Virus record (IMG/VR): IMGVR_UViG_3300015263_001568
Coordinates: 16,100 to 80,099 of that record
From: a virus
Length of the DNA stretch: 64,000 nt
Reading direction: 5' to 3' (one strand)
The notes under the pieces: generated by a model
Told to the model about the DNA's origin: nothing
Databases searched by the model: none
Seen by the model: only the letters and a program-made list of their open reading frames with translations
Translations under genes and position numbers: made by a program
Shown: positions 8,866-18,298 of the stretch, one piece after another
Layout: each line of letters opens with the position of its first letter
Numbering within the stretch: the stretch's first letter is position 1

Positions 8866-11295
8866 TTAGCTTCGATCGTAGCGTGCTGCAATTTGTTGAT
8901 AGCGCGCAGGGATGCCGCCTCTATACAGCGTTGACTCATTATTTTCGCGAACAGCCCACCACACTTGGTCCCAAACGGGATCTGCCAAAACTTCAGGCCG
9001 ATGGCTTACGACGAACACCGAGCCGAACTTTTGGCGCAGCATGCCTAGGATGCTGATCAAGCCAGCCGTCCCCTGCGGGTCGAGGCTTCCAAATGGTTCG
9101 TCTACAATGAGCACGTTTGTCGATGACTCTGTGTAGCGCTCTTTAAGGTCTCGCATACCAAACAGCATTGCCAATCCACTTTTGTGCTGCTCGCCTCCAG
9201 ATAGCAAGCTGCTACGCGTGGCAATATTACCATCTCGGCGACGGAGTTGGAATTGTATCGCATCCATGCTCTCTGACAACTCCAAGTCCACCGTGCGTCG
9301 GGGCCAGAGCACACTACTATACACCGGTACAGTAGTCTCAGTCGCGTCCTGCAAGATGGCGCGAAATCGATCTTGCTTGAGACCTTGGCTGCCGAATGCT
9401 TTCTTGAGGGCCTCCAGGCAGCGCTTGTTGCGCAGGATGCCAGTACCCTTAGCCAACCCCTTACGGACTTGAGCAAGCCGTGCCTGGAGCGTCTCCGATG
9501 CGCTGAGGCGCTCTTCCAGGATGGCTATCTGCCGACTCAGGTCTTCGGTCTGCGCAGTAGCGGAGCTGACGATCTTCTCGGCTCTGGCTAGCTGCTCCGC
9601 AGTCTGCTCGCGATTGCCTTTGGGAAGATCATCCATCTGGTCAATCCGAGTGCGCACCCGAGCAATAGCCTTCGCTCGTCGGCGCAGAGCGTTCGCCTTT
9701 TTGTGCAACCCGGCGATCTGCTCTTCTGGAACCGTACCGCGTGCATCTATTTCTTGTATCTGAATCTCAAGATCGTGCTTTTGCTGCGAAATTTCTTTTT
9801 CAGCCACCAGTTCTTTTTCCCGCTTGGTGGCTGTACGGATATCGCGCTGCACCTCTACCGGTGTGCGGGTGGTATCGATGGACTTGAGCCGTGCAGCTAA
9901 CTGCTCATACTTTTCTGAAGTTTCTAGCGCCGACTTGGCAGCGAATATTTCCTTCTTGACTTTACGCAGCTGCTGTCGGGCACCGCGCAGCTTTTCCCGC
10001 AGTGCTTCTGGATCGCTTTTTGTGTCGAGAGGGCGGTGGCACGTTGGGCAAACGCTCTTGTCTAAATGGCGTACTGTTACCTCTATCTCACGCTCTAGCG
10101 CCCCTTCTTCACGCATATACGCTTCTACTTGCTTGCGCAGCGGCTCAACATTTTCAGGCGGCTTGTCGAGTCCGGCCAGCTCTTCCGTGATTTCGTATCG
10201 CTGCTCAGCCTGTGGTAGCTCGGTATTTTGTAGGTAGCGCAGCTGTGACTTTACTTCGCTCAAGTCGGTGTCGATGTCCGCTAAGGCACGTCCAGACAGC
10301 TTGGACAGCTGGCGCTCAAGAATGTCTCTTCGTTGCGCTGCTTCACGTTGACGTTGCGCTGTATGATATGCATCCGACGCATCGGTGGCTTGTTGGTCGA
10401 TGGATTCGACTTCGGCGTCATCGATATCCGACGGTTTGTCGTACCATTTCCCGAGGTCTGCATCGTCCCAGATCACTCTGACCTGCTCAATAAGTTGCTT
10501 GCGCTGGTCGAGCTGGTTCAAGCGATCTCGTAGCTCCCGTGATTCCTGTACAGCCGCGTTGGACTCTGTGCGCAGCTCTTTTAGCTGGCGCTTGCGCTTC
10601 TTGAGTCTGGAACGCATTTTGTCGACATCACCAATATCGCCAGCGCGCGCTTCGAGGCTACCCAACTCGCGTTCCAAAGCCTCGATGTCGACCAAGCTAG
10701 TGGCCACGGATTTTTCACGGTCTCGGAAAATGGCGTACATGTTGTCGAAGACATCAAGCCCAAACATCTCTGTCAGGCGTTTGTAGCGATCGCTTCGCTT
10801 ACCATGCAGTAGCACATGGCTTAGCTTCTGCGGCAGGTACACCAAGTTGAAAAAGCTTGTGTCATCCAGACCTAGGTGAGCCTCACGGATCCATTTATGC
10901 GGCGCACGCGCAGCTCTGCTCGGAATGATGTTTTGGCCTGTGGACGTGTCCACAACACGGATCGCATCACCGTGAAGCGTGTGCTTACGATATTGTCGAA
11001 TTTCAAACGGGCGGCCATCTACGCGGTATTTTAGCACCGCCTCGAAGTCTTTTCCCGCAAGGTCGTTGACAACGTCGTTCTTGGAAAATTCCTGGCCCGA
11101 GCCTCGACCTCCGTAGCCTACCTGGATACTGGAAAATATTTCCCACAGTGAGGTTTTTCCACAAGCCAGGAAGCCACCATCGTCTACGTTCAATCCGCGC
11201 ACCAACACCAACCCTTGACCATCCAACGGTAAGTCGCAGTGGCGGTAGACGTAGCCGTTTTTGAACGTCAGGTGATCGTACTGAATGTGCGGCAT
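8866..11295 (-). CDS. sbcC: SbcC/Rad50/gp46-like SMC ATPase
   Basis: Walker A (CGKTS), long coiled coil, CPTC zinc hook, LSGGE signature, IVDEPFGSLD Walker B/D-loop, VSH H-loop. Confidence 0.93.
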   Translation of the reverse strand: MPHIQYDHLTFKNGYVYRHCDLPLDGQGLVLVRGLNVDDGGFLACGKTSLWEIFSSIQVGYGGRGSGQEFSKNDVVNDLAGKDFEAVLKYRVDGRPFEIRQYRKHTLHGDAIRVVDTSTGQNIIPSRAARAPHKWIREAHLGLDDTSFFNLVYLPQKLSHVLLHGKRSDRYKRLTEMFGLDVFDNMYAIFRDREKSVATSLVDIEALERELGSLEARAGDIGDVDKMRSRLKKRKRQLKELRTESNAAVQESRELRDRLNQLDQRKQLIEQVRVIWDDADLGKWYDKPSDIDDAEVESIDQQATDASDAYHTAQRQREAAQRRDILERQLSKLSGRALADIDTDLSEVKSQLRYLQNTELPQAEQRYEITEELAGLDKPPENVEPLRKQVEAYMREEGALEREIEVTVRHLDKSVCPTCHRPLDTKSDPEALREKLRGARQQLRKVKKEIFAAKSALETSEKYEQLAARLKSIDTTRTPVEVQRDIRTATKREKELVAEKEISQQKHDLEIQIQEIDARGTVPEEQIAGLHKKANALRRRAKAIARVRTRIDQMDDLPKGNREQTAEQLARAEKIVSSATAQTEDLSRQIAILEERLSASETLQARLAQVRKGLAKGTGILRNKRCLEALKKAFGSQGLKQDRFRAILQDATETTVPVYSSVLWPRRTVDLELSESMDAIQFQLRRRDGNIATRSSLLSGGEQHKSGLAMLFGMRDLKERYTESSTNVLIVDEPFGSLDPQGTAGLISILGMLRQKFGSVFVVSHRPEVLADPVWDQVWWAVRENNESTLYRGGIPARYQQIAARYDRS

Positions 11296-11819
11296 TATGG
11301 TGTGGGTTTCTTCGGCTTCTTCGGTTTAGTGGCGGTGCTCTTAGGCTTGCTAGTTTTCGTCTTCGTTGTCTTTGCTTTACTCGTCGGCTTTACGACAGAG
11401 GTACTTTCTGCTTTTGGTTTGCGCTTAGTGGTGCGCTTTACCGGCGGAGGCGGTTCTTCCACAGTAGGAACTTCTGGTGCAGTAGGAACTTCTGGGGCAG
11501 CTTCTATGACAACTGTAGTTTCTGGCTCGATGATGGGCGTATCGATCGGCTCGGGGATGACGTCTTCCAGCACTTCTGGTGGCAAAGGCGCCATTTTTGC
11601 TTGTGCCAGCTCCAACAAACGAATGAAGTCCCCCATCAATACAAGGCGCCGGCCACGGCCCACCAAACCAGACCGCAGATGCTGCTCCTGGTCTTCACGT
11701 AGCTGCATCACTACATAGACGTTGTTGACATCCTCTTCAATAGCAGCCGCCAGATCACGGGCGTTCCTGCTAGAGAGAAATGCAGCCAACGTCACATGTG
11801 GGTCAGATTTTTCAGACAT
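11295..11819 (-). CDS. Hypothetical protein with Pro/Glu-rich and Lys/Thr-rich C-terminal tail
   Basis: Start MSEKS at 11819; low-complexity basic tail (KTTKTKTSKPKSTATKPKKPKKPTP). Confidence 0.65.
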   Translation of the reverse strand: MSEKSDPHVTLAAFLSSRNARDLAAAIEEDVNNVYVVMQLREDQEQHLRSGLVGRGRRLVLMGDFIRLLELAQAKMAPLPPEVLEDVIPEPIDTPIIEPETTVVIEAAPEVPTAPEVPTVEEPPPPVKRTTKRKPKAESTSVVKPTSKAKTTKTKTSKPKSTATKPKKPKKPTP

Positions 11820-11820
11820 C

Positions 11821-12042
11821 TTACCCACCTGTCAGTAGCGCAATGTACGGGACCAACTCAGCTGGAACAGGGTCTAGGGTTACGTTGGTGGATGGGTAAT
11901 CAGCGCAGTTAGTATTTGTGCAGACAGCTTTAGTCACCACAAAATGGAACACTGTGTTTTCAGGCTCCACATCTGTGCGGCGCACTTCACTTCCCGTGAC
12001 CATGAAATTGGTGTGGTTGCCGCAGACATTGCAAGTTGGCAT
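11821..12042 (-). CDS. Small zinc-ribbon protein
   Basis: CNVC...CTNTNC; 73 aa; GGAG RBS. Confidence 0.65.
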   Translation of the reverse strand: MPTCNVCGNHTNFMVTGSEVRRTDVEPENTVFHFVVTKAVCTNTNCADYPSTNVTLDPVPAELVPYIALLTGG

Positions 12043-12045
12043 TTC

Positions 12046-13248
12046 CTACTCTCCTTTACGCCGACGAGGTTTCTCTGACCAGGAAGACGTCACCGCAATG
12101 GCGCGCAACGTAGCCATATCGAGTAAGCCATGCTGGCTAGCGTACGATCGAGAGCGCTCTTGCACTCCGAGGAAAATGTCCAGCAGCTTGGCAATGTCTT
12201 GTATCTTCGCTACGTCGTGGTGCCCGTTTGGTAAACTAACACCTTTAAGATACCACGAATTTTGACTTATAGGAAGACGGCTTGGCTCCACCCAAGTGTA
12301 GAGAATTTGCTGAATGGTGGTGATCACACGGTTCAGAAAGAATACTAGGTCTACGGAGTCCGCCATGGCCTTTTGTACAGCAGCGAGCGTCTGCTCATAT
12401 CGACCTTGGAACAACCCATCTACATACTGCTGCACGATGACGTAGCTGGCATAAGACTCCGACTCCTCCAGCACCTTCGGCAGCAGCGTTTCTAGGTCGA
12501 CTTTTCCATCAGCAACTTCCACAGCGTTTCTGAGCTGCGATAGCAAGGTCAGCGCATCTCTTGGATGACCGGCTGAAATTTCCGCGATCTTCTTCAGCCC
12601 TGTCTTCAGCTCTGCTTTCTTGAGCCCACTAGTGTGCAGTTCTTCTGCTTTGGCCACCCGCGCGAGCAGGCGATAGCACTCTGGCACCGTGACTGGGTTT
12701 AGATGGTAGCGTTGGCAACGGCTCAGAATGGTGCGCGGCACCAATTCCGGATTGGTGGTGCACAGAATAAAGCGCGTTCTCGGTGGTGGTTCCTCAAATA
12801 TCTTGAGCGCTGCTTGAAACGCGTCTTTGGTGATCTGGTGAGCTTCATCGAAGATGTACACCCGAAAGCGGCCAAAGCGCGGGGCGTACGCGATGTGCTG
12901 TTTCAGATCGCGAATATCACCGATGCCGCGGTTCGAGGCTGCGTTGATTTCCACAACGTCTGGGTGCTCCCCTTCACCACGGATGGCTTTCAACATGATT
13001 TTGCAGCTTGGGCATTCACCACAAGGCTCTTCCGCTGACTTTCGGCACACCAGATAGCGAGCGATCAAACGCGAGAAGCTGGTCTTGCCGGAGGAGTATG
13101 GGCCACTGAACAGAATCGTTGGAGCGATCCGCCCAGACTTGAGCATGCCACGGATATTATCCACGACATGTTCTTGGCCGATGACTTCCTCTAGCGTGGT
13201 TGGTCGATACTTGTTTGCGAGGCTTTTCGATTCCATTTGTCTAGTCAT
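12046..13248 (-). CDS. dnaX: DNA polymerase III gamma/tau-like clamp loader
   Basis: LANKYRP, GQEHV, GPYSSGKTS, CGECPSC, EINAASNRGI, IFDEAH, ILSRC motifs. Confidence 0.95.
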   Translation of the reverse strand: MTRQMESKSLANKYRPTTLEEVIGQEHVVDNIRGMLKSGRIAPTILFSGPYSSGKTSFSRLIARYLVCRKSAEEPCGECPSCKIMLKAIRGEGEHPDVVEINAASNRGIGDIRDLKQHIAYAPRFGRFRVYIFDEAHQITKDAFQAALKIFEEPPPRTRFILCTTNPELVPRTILSRCQRYHLNPVTVPECYRLLARVAKAEELHTSGLKKAELKTGLKKIAEISAGHPRDALTLLSQLRNAVEVADGKVDLETLLPKVLEESESYASYVIVQQYVDGLFQGRYEQTLAAVQKAMADSVDLVFFLNRVITTIQQILYTWVEPSRLPISQNSWYLKGVSLPNGHHDVAKIQDIAKLLDIFLGVQERSRSYASQHGLLDMATLRAIAVTSSWSEKPRRRKGE

Positions 13249-14302
13249 CCTCGTAGGGGTTGCTGAAGGAAACACCTAGTTCCTTTGCCGCCGCGTCGAC
13301 GAACTTGAACGCGTGTGGCAAATACTCCTCCGGCAGACCAGCTTGCAGCAGTGTGTTGTCCAACCCGTCGAAAATGCCATGCACTCGGCGCGCATTCTGT
13401 GGAAGCGCTCGCGCCGGCATCTCTTCTCCAGGTTCAACATTCATCGGTAAAGGCATGGTGGACGTGGGCATCGCGTGGAGCTTCACAAAAGCTTCAGCCG
13501 CGCTAGGCCACACGTCAGGAACTTCATGTAGTTCAATCAGCTTGGTAGAACGTATTGGGACGTATTTCGGATTCGTTGGATCGGCGGTATCGACGACCAA
13601 AACGCCTTTGTCGAGGTCTTCTCCAAATCTCGTTTGGTGCGGTGCGCCGCAGTACCACGCATTGGGCAAAATCGACTGCCGTTTATGGATGTCTCCAAGT
13701 GCCCAATAAGTAACGCCGTCGATCGGTTCCAAGTGCACTTGCGCATTCGACGTCACCATGAGCCCAGTATCCGTTTTGCTACCCACCACATTTTCATGCA
13801 GCACGACAATGATTGGCTCACGATGACGCTGCGCATACCGCACCATCGAGTGCACCATCAAGTAGACCTCTGCATCCTTCCACCCGTGACTGGGATCTCT
13901 AGCGGGAAACAGAAGCAGCTGACATCCATGCATCGACTTTATCAATGGCAAGCCGTCATGAATGAAATGCTTCCCCAAAATGTCGGTCATCCGGCTCAAG
14001 TAGCTAAGCGACGTATCCCCAATTTGACTTGAACGCACATCATGGTTCCCGCTGATCATCACGATGGGAACCGGCGACGACGCCAGCCAGTCCGTGAGGA
14101 CTTGTCGTTCTTGATGCAGGATGTCGCGGCGTTCCCAAATGTCACCAGCAACGATGGTAAAGTCGACGCGGTGCTTTCTAGCCGCCTTATGTATGCCCTC
14201 CAACGTCTGCACCATCCGACGCAAATACGCGGCCTGACTATGATCAGAGAACCGCCGCAGCGCATTGATGTGCAAATCGGACGTATGCAGAAACCTAGGC
14301 AT
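13241..14302 (-). CDS. sbcD: SbcD/Mre11/gp47-like metallophosphoesterase nuclease
   Basis: LHTSDLH, AGD, GNHD and LGDIH motifs; near sbcC. Confidence 0.92.
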   Translation of the reverse strand: MPRFLHTSDLHINALRRFSDHSQAAYLRRMVQTLEGIHKAARKHRVDFTIVAGDIWERRDILHQERQVLTDWLASSPVPIVMISGNHDVRSSQIGDTSLSYLSRMTDILGKHFIHDGLPLIKSMHGCQLLLFPARDPSHGWKDAEVYLMVHSMVRYAQRHREPIIVVLHENVVGSKTDTGLMVTSNAQVHLEPIDGVTYWALGDIHKRQSILPNAWYCGAPHQTRFGEDLDKGVLVVDTADPTNPKYVPIRSTKLIELHEVPDVWPSAAEAFVKLHAMPTSTMPLPMNVEPGEEMPARALPQNARRVHGIFDGLDNTLLQAGLPEEYLPHAFKFVDAAAKELGVSFSNPYEDD

Positions 14303-14676
14303 CAGAGGTCGTGCGGCCGAGCCGTCTTGCGCGCATTCTCCTGCACGCGCTTTACAGCCTTCAGCATCATGCCATAGACTTCGTGGGCAAGAGCGCTGGT
14401 AAGCTTGGGATCGATGCGCACGTCGTGGTACTTGAAGTATTCCTTGATTTTAGAAGCGGTCAGGATCTTGACGCCCATCTCCTTAACGGCCTTCTGGTGC
14501 GCCTCCAACCGAGCGCGCTTGTCATTGCTCTGAGCCGACCCATCAGCACCCTTCTTGGACTTCTTTTTCTTCTTTGCCACAGGAGCATCACCCTCGGTCT
14601 TTGCCTTCTTCTTTTTCTTCTTCGCTGTGGTGGCGTCGCCGTCGGTGATGGTCTTCTTAGTCTTCTTTTTCTTCAT
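14302..14676 (-). CDS. Bacterial-type histone with Lys-rich N-terminal tail (internal start)
   Basis: AAGGAG 8 nt upstream of the in-frame ATG at 14676; 124 aa. C-terminal ILTASKIKEYFKYHDVRIDPKLTSALAHEVYGMMLKAVKRVQENARKTARPHDL matches the histone-fold pattern (a1, RI loop, a2, RKT loop, short a3 ending DL). Confidence 0.8.
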   Translation of the reverse strand: MKKKKTKKTITDGDATTAKKKKKKAKTEGDAPVAKKKKKSKKGADGSAQSNDKRARLEAHQKAVKEMGVKILTASKIKEYFKYHDVRIDPKLTSALAHEVYGMMLKAVKRVQENARKTARPHDL

Positions 14677-15219
14677 TGAGTCGGCTCCTTGTCCATGCCG
14701 TTTATGATGACATGGTATGCAGAGTGTGCGCATGTTAGCGAGGTCACATTGTCCTCCACCTTGATGCACAGGAATGATGTGGTCGGCATCCCAATAGCCC
14801 CGAGATTTTCGTGCCCCACGCGGTGCTCCCAAGATACGCTGCCAATGCATGGCATCGATAGTGCGCTCGGCAGACACAGTGTCGAGACCGCATTCTGCGC
14901 ATATACCACGGTCGCGAGAGTAGACTTGTCTGCGTAGATATCTCGGATCGCTACGGAGTTTGAACTCTTCCACACAATGGTCTGAGCAAAACGTGCGGCG
15001 CCCTTTCGGCACCTCGATTTTGCAGTAGCGGCAGAGGCTGCGGCCGTTCGCACCTTTGGGCAATAGCTGCGGGTAGCGAACACGTCCGCGGAACGCGCCA
15101 CTACGCATAGTGCCGTCTGCCTCAAAGTACATTTTCGTGTACTGTGCACGTAGTTGCTCAACCTCTGTGTCAGACAGCGCACTTAAAGGCCGACGGCGTC
15201 TTCGATGGCGTTTTCTCAT
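14302..15219 (-). CDS. HNH endonuclease reading in frame into a histone-fold domain
   Basis: CRYC...FCSDHC, RDRGICAEC, WDADHIIPVHQGGG...NMRTLCIPCHHK HNH motif; no stop before the histone domain. Confidence 0.8.
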   Translation of the reverse strand: MRKRHRRRRRPLSALSDTEVEQLRAQYTKMYFEADGTMRSGAFRGRVRYPQLLPKGANGRSLCRYCKIEVPKGRRTFCSDHCVEEFKLRSDPRYLRRQVYSRDRGICAECGLDTVSAERTIDAMHWQRILGAPRGARKSRGYWDADHIIPVHQGGGQCDLANMRTLCIPCHHKRHGQGADSMKKKKTKKTITDGDATTAKKKKKKAKTEGDAPVAKKKKKSKKGADGSAQSNDKRARLEAHQKAVKEMGVKILTASKIKEYFKYHDVRIDPKLTSALAHEVYGMMLKAVKRVQENARKTARPHDL

Positions 15220-15630
15220 CGGCTAGTATTTGCTGCGCATAGCGACCTGGAAACGTTACAGGATTTATCTTTCGCAACATGGTCAAAATCGCTTTGGATG
15301 GCTTTACCCAACCTAACGCCAGTGCTGACAGCGCAATTGTTTGCAGGTTCTCGTCATTCAGGCATTCACGAAGAATGATCTGCTGCTGCCGCATGTCGGA
15401 AACAAGCACGCCAAGATACACTTCCAAGGCTTGTCCACGCAGCAGAAAGTCCAGATTAGTATCTCGGATGAGGGCACGTATTTGGCGTCCGGTTCCTTTG
15501 TCATCCGAAATGATGGCGTCTTCTAGCTGCGCCAGTGCGCTTTATACTCTCGTGGTCGATCCTCCAAGAGCAAGTAGCGAACTTGTTCCAATACTGATTC
15601 CGGTGGTGATGTTGCATTAACTGGTAGCAT
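15170..15630 (-). pseudogene. Hypothetical gene apparently split by a one-base frameshift near 15541
   Basis: Coupled ATG at 15630 (TAATG) gives MLPVNATS...REYK then an early TAG; a protein-like frame (SALAQLEDAIISDDKG...) begins at that point, shifted -1. Confidence 0.5.
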
Positions 15631-16598
15631 TAAGACCTATGCAAAATAGCTCCTACTGGAAGCTTGGTGCTCTTCCAGCCTCGGTGCTTTTGTAGTTCCT
15701 CAACGTAGACTACCGCGGCCCCCTGTAGGCCACCGAGCTGCTGGAGCACCGCAGCAGCACGATCACGCGATGGTCGTGCCCAGAATACCGTATTCGAGCC
15801 GTCGTAGAAACTCGTGACTTTTTCAATGGGCGAATGGTCGATTTGCATCGTGAGCAGCCGCCCATGTACATCGCCCAAGCGACTATCGATCAAGTCAAGC
15901 TGCTGGTAGAAAGCTGCTGCTTGACGCCGATCAAACGCCTCTTCTGGATGCCGAGGTTGCAGCAAGCCTGTACGTCGCCGGAGACCGGCTACAAGCTGTC
16001 GCCGTGCTTCCAGGTAGAAGGCCCATATGGTTGCCGACAAAGGCTTCCTATGGGCCTCTACAGGCGTCCAGGTAGCAAGCCAGACATCCTGCGCAGCGAC
16101 CGGCATCAGCCGACTCAGGGCAAACAAGCGCTGCCGTTCAACGCCCGTGCGCAGTGCATGAAAGAGGCCGAAGGCTAAACTATTGATATCATTGAAAACT
16201 TCAATGGACGAAGGCGGAAACCCAAGCCAAGGCGGACTGCCGTTACCGAGAAGGTCTACGCGCGTGCGAAATGCCTTCCAAAATGGCTCGACCACTTCTT
16301 CGACCGCACCTTTCGTGGTGAGCCACTTTGACACACTTTCTGCCCAACGAGTAGCCTTTGCCGCAGCGAGCACGAGGACGTTTCGCTGGGCATCCTGTAA
16401 ACGCTGTAGGAAGCTCTTGAGGTCACTCAAGGGTTTCGCTACCTGCCAGGTACCACTGGGGCCTTCCTTGGCGCCTCGTGGCGTCCAGGAGGCATCCCAA
16501 GACTGTGCTGCATGGATAGTGCAGTGTGGCCCGCCGTTGCGCTTGCCGTGGATGACGCACACAGTGTCCGCAAGGCTATTCGTCATCGTCATCGGCAT
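15630..16598 (-). CDS. Hypothetical protein
   Basis: 322 aa ORF directly downstream of recA. Confidence 0.65.
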   Translation of the reverse strand: MPMTMTNSLADTVCVIHGKRNGGPHCTIHAAQSWDASWTPRGAKEGPSGTWQVAKPLSDLKSFLQRLQDAQRNVLVLAAAKATRWAESVSKWLTTKGAVEEVVEPFWKAFRTRVDLLGNGSPPWLGFPPSSIEVFNDINSLAFGLFHALRTGVERQRLFALSRLMPVAAQDVWLATWTPVEAHRKPLSATIWAFYLEARRQLVAGLRRRTGLLQPRHPEEAFDRRQAAAFYQQLDLIDSRLGDVHGRLLTMQIDHSPIEKVTSFYDGSNTVFWARPSRDRAAAVLQQLGGLQGAAVVYVEELQKHRGWKSTKLPVGAILHRS

Positions 16599-17865
16599 AA
16601 TAGCGGGACCGCGGAGCTGCGTCTGTCTTCGATTTGGTCTTCTTGGCTTTCTTTGATTTTTTGGTAACAGCTGTCGTTTCTATGACAATTGGAGTCTTCG
16701 TACGCGGCTTCTTGGTGGTAGCCGTCGCAACCACATCCTCTCCATAGTCCTTGTCGAAGTTGTACGTACGATTACCAGAAATCTCAAAAAAGCGGTCGTA
16801 GTTTTCAGGCTGCTGCAACATCAGAAAGAACTTCTGTCGATTGCGCGGACTGTAGCTCATCTTACGAAACGATGGCAGGTCCCACTTCTTGTTATCGAGG
16901 CCCTTGAGGTTGATCGAACGCCTTCCAGCCGCCGTCTTCAAAAATCCCAAGGCTGCCAAGAATTGCTGCGTGTCGTACGCCTTATCCACGCCATGGCCTG
17001 GGATGATCTGCAAATCAACGGTGAGCCAACTAGGAAAGCACTTGTTCTTTGTGGTGCGCACCGTCGCCGGAATAATTTGGACACCCATACTATCCCGGCT
17101 CTCTTTTCCAAGTGTCTTGTCACTGCGTCGACTTACGCGCAGCTTGTAGTCCGGATAAAATCGCAGCGCTTTTCCGCCAGTTTCTTGGTCAGGGGCACCA
17201 TAGGCACCAATGTTGCTCCGCACTTGATTTGTGCCGACCAACACGCCGCCTTTTTTGCGCAGGCGTACCTTAATTTGCTTCAGGTACTGACTATGCATCC
17301 TAGGCTCCGGTGTGATGCCACCACCCGTGCCTGTTTCCTCATCCACGTTTTCACTGCTCAATGCCGCAAAACTGTCGACAAAAAATGCGATAGTTGGAGG
17401 ACCCGACGTCACATCCGGCATCCGATTAAGCGTGCGCATGATGAGGCGATATGTGTCTTCTCCCGTGTCAGGCTGTGCGTAGTAAAAAGACGCGTACTTC
17501 TGCTTACCAACGCTTAGCTTGTGCTCAATCCGTAGTCCTTGCCGCTGCATGAACACAGGATCGGCACCAGTTTCTGGATCGAGGAACACTACAGGAATGC
17601 CTTGTAGCTGTGCCGACACGGCAATTTCTTGTAGTAAGGTAGATTTACCAACGTGTTCTCCGCCAAAGATGGTGCAGAACCGACCACGCTGAAGTCCGCC
17701 ACCGAAAATCAAATCCAGCGATAGGACACCTGTAGAAAGGCAGTCGAGGACACGCTGACCTTTCATCAGATTGATTGGGTCTAATCCATCAATGGAGGCA
17801 AACGCTTCGGCAACAGCCTGAGAAGGATGTACCAGGTTGTATTCGCGCTTTTTCTTTTTCGCCAT
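16576..17865 (-). CDS. recA: RecA/UvsX-like recombinase
   Basis: STGVLSLDLIFGGGL, GGEHVGKST, VDSFAAL, NQVR, GGKALRFY motifs. Confidence 0.95.
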   Translation of the reverse strand: MAKKKKREYNLVHPSQAVAEAFASIDGLDPINLMKGQRVLDCLSTGVLSLDLIFGGGLQRGRFCTIFGGEHVGKSTLLQEIAVSAQLQGIPVVFLDPETGADPVFMQRQGLRIEHKLSVGKQKYASFYYAQPDTGEDTYRLIMRTLNRMPDVTSGPPTIAFFVDSFAALSSENVDEETGTGGGITPEPRMHSQYLKQIKVRLRKKGGVLVGTNQVRSNIGAYGAPDQETGGKALRFYPDYKLRVSRRSDKTLGKESRDSMGVQIIPATVRTTKNKCFPSWLTVDLQIIPGHGVDKAYDTQQFLAALGFLKTAAGRRSINLKGLDNKKWDLPSFRKMSYSPRNRQKFFLMLQQPENYDRFFEISGNRTYNFDKDYGEDVVATATTKKPRTKTPIVIETTAVTKKSKKAKKTKSKTDAAPRSRYYADDDDE

Positions 17866-18243
17866 TTAGTACATCAACGGAGTGAAGATGCTGGATAGCA
17901 CGGAGTAGTTAGCCAACCCGTGATGCCGGGCTGCTTCCACTCCTCCAACACGAACACGGATTTGAGGCAGCATCGCGACGCCTAGCTCGGTGGCGCCTTC
18001 AAGTGCTTGGGTGATGACGATGGGAGCGCGAAATTCGTGCCGCTCCACAAAATGGGCGATAACGCGTTTAGCCTTCTCACTTAGAAAGTCGTCTCCGAGC
18101 AGTACGATCCCCAAGTCTGGAAATACCCTTGTAAGGCTAACCACGGCTTGCCACGGTACAGGAAGCAACCGTCCAAAGTAATAACGAATATCGGCTCTAA
18201 TGTAGTCCATTACCGTGACAAGTACAGACAAGCCGGAAGCCAT
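17866..18243 (-). CDS. Hypothetical protein, possible degenerate thioredoxin fold
   Basis: C-terminal ELGVAMLPQIRVRVGGVEAARHHG resembles the thioredoxin cis-Pro/beta-hairpin end; no CxxC. Confidence 0.45.
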   Translation of the reverse strand: MASGLSVLVTVMDYIRADIRYYFGRLLPVPWQAVVSLTRVFPDLGIVLLGDDFLSEKAKRVIAHFVERHEFRAPIVITQALEGATELGVAMLPQIRVRVGGVEAARHHGLANYSVLSSIFTPLMY

Positions 18244-18298
18244 AGGCAACGTCTACATTTCACTTCAGCTAGATGCTGCCCATAGCACGCCGGTGCCG

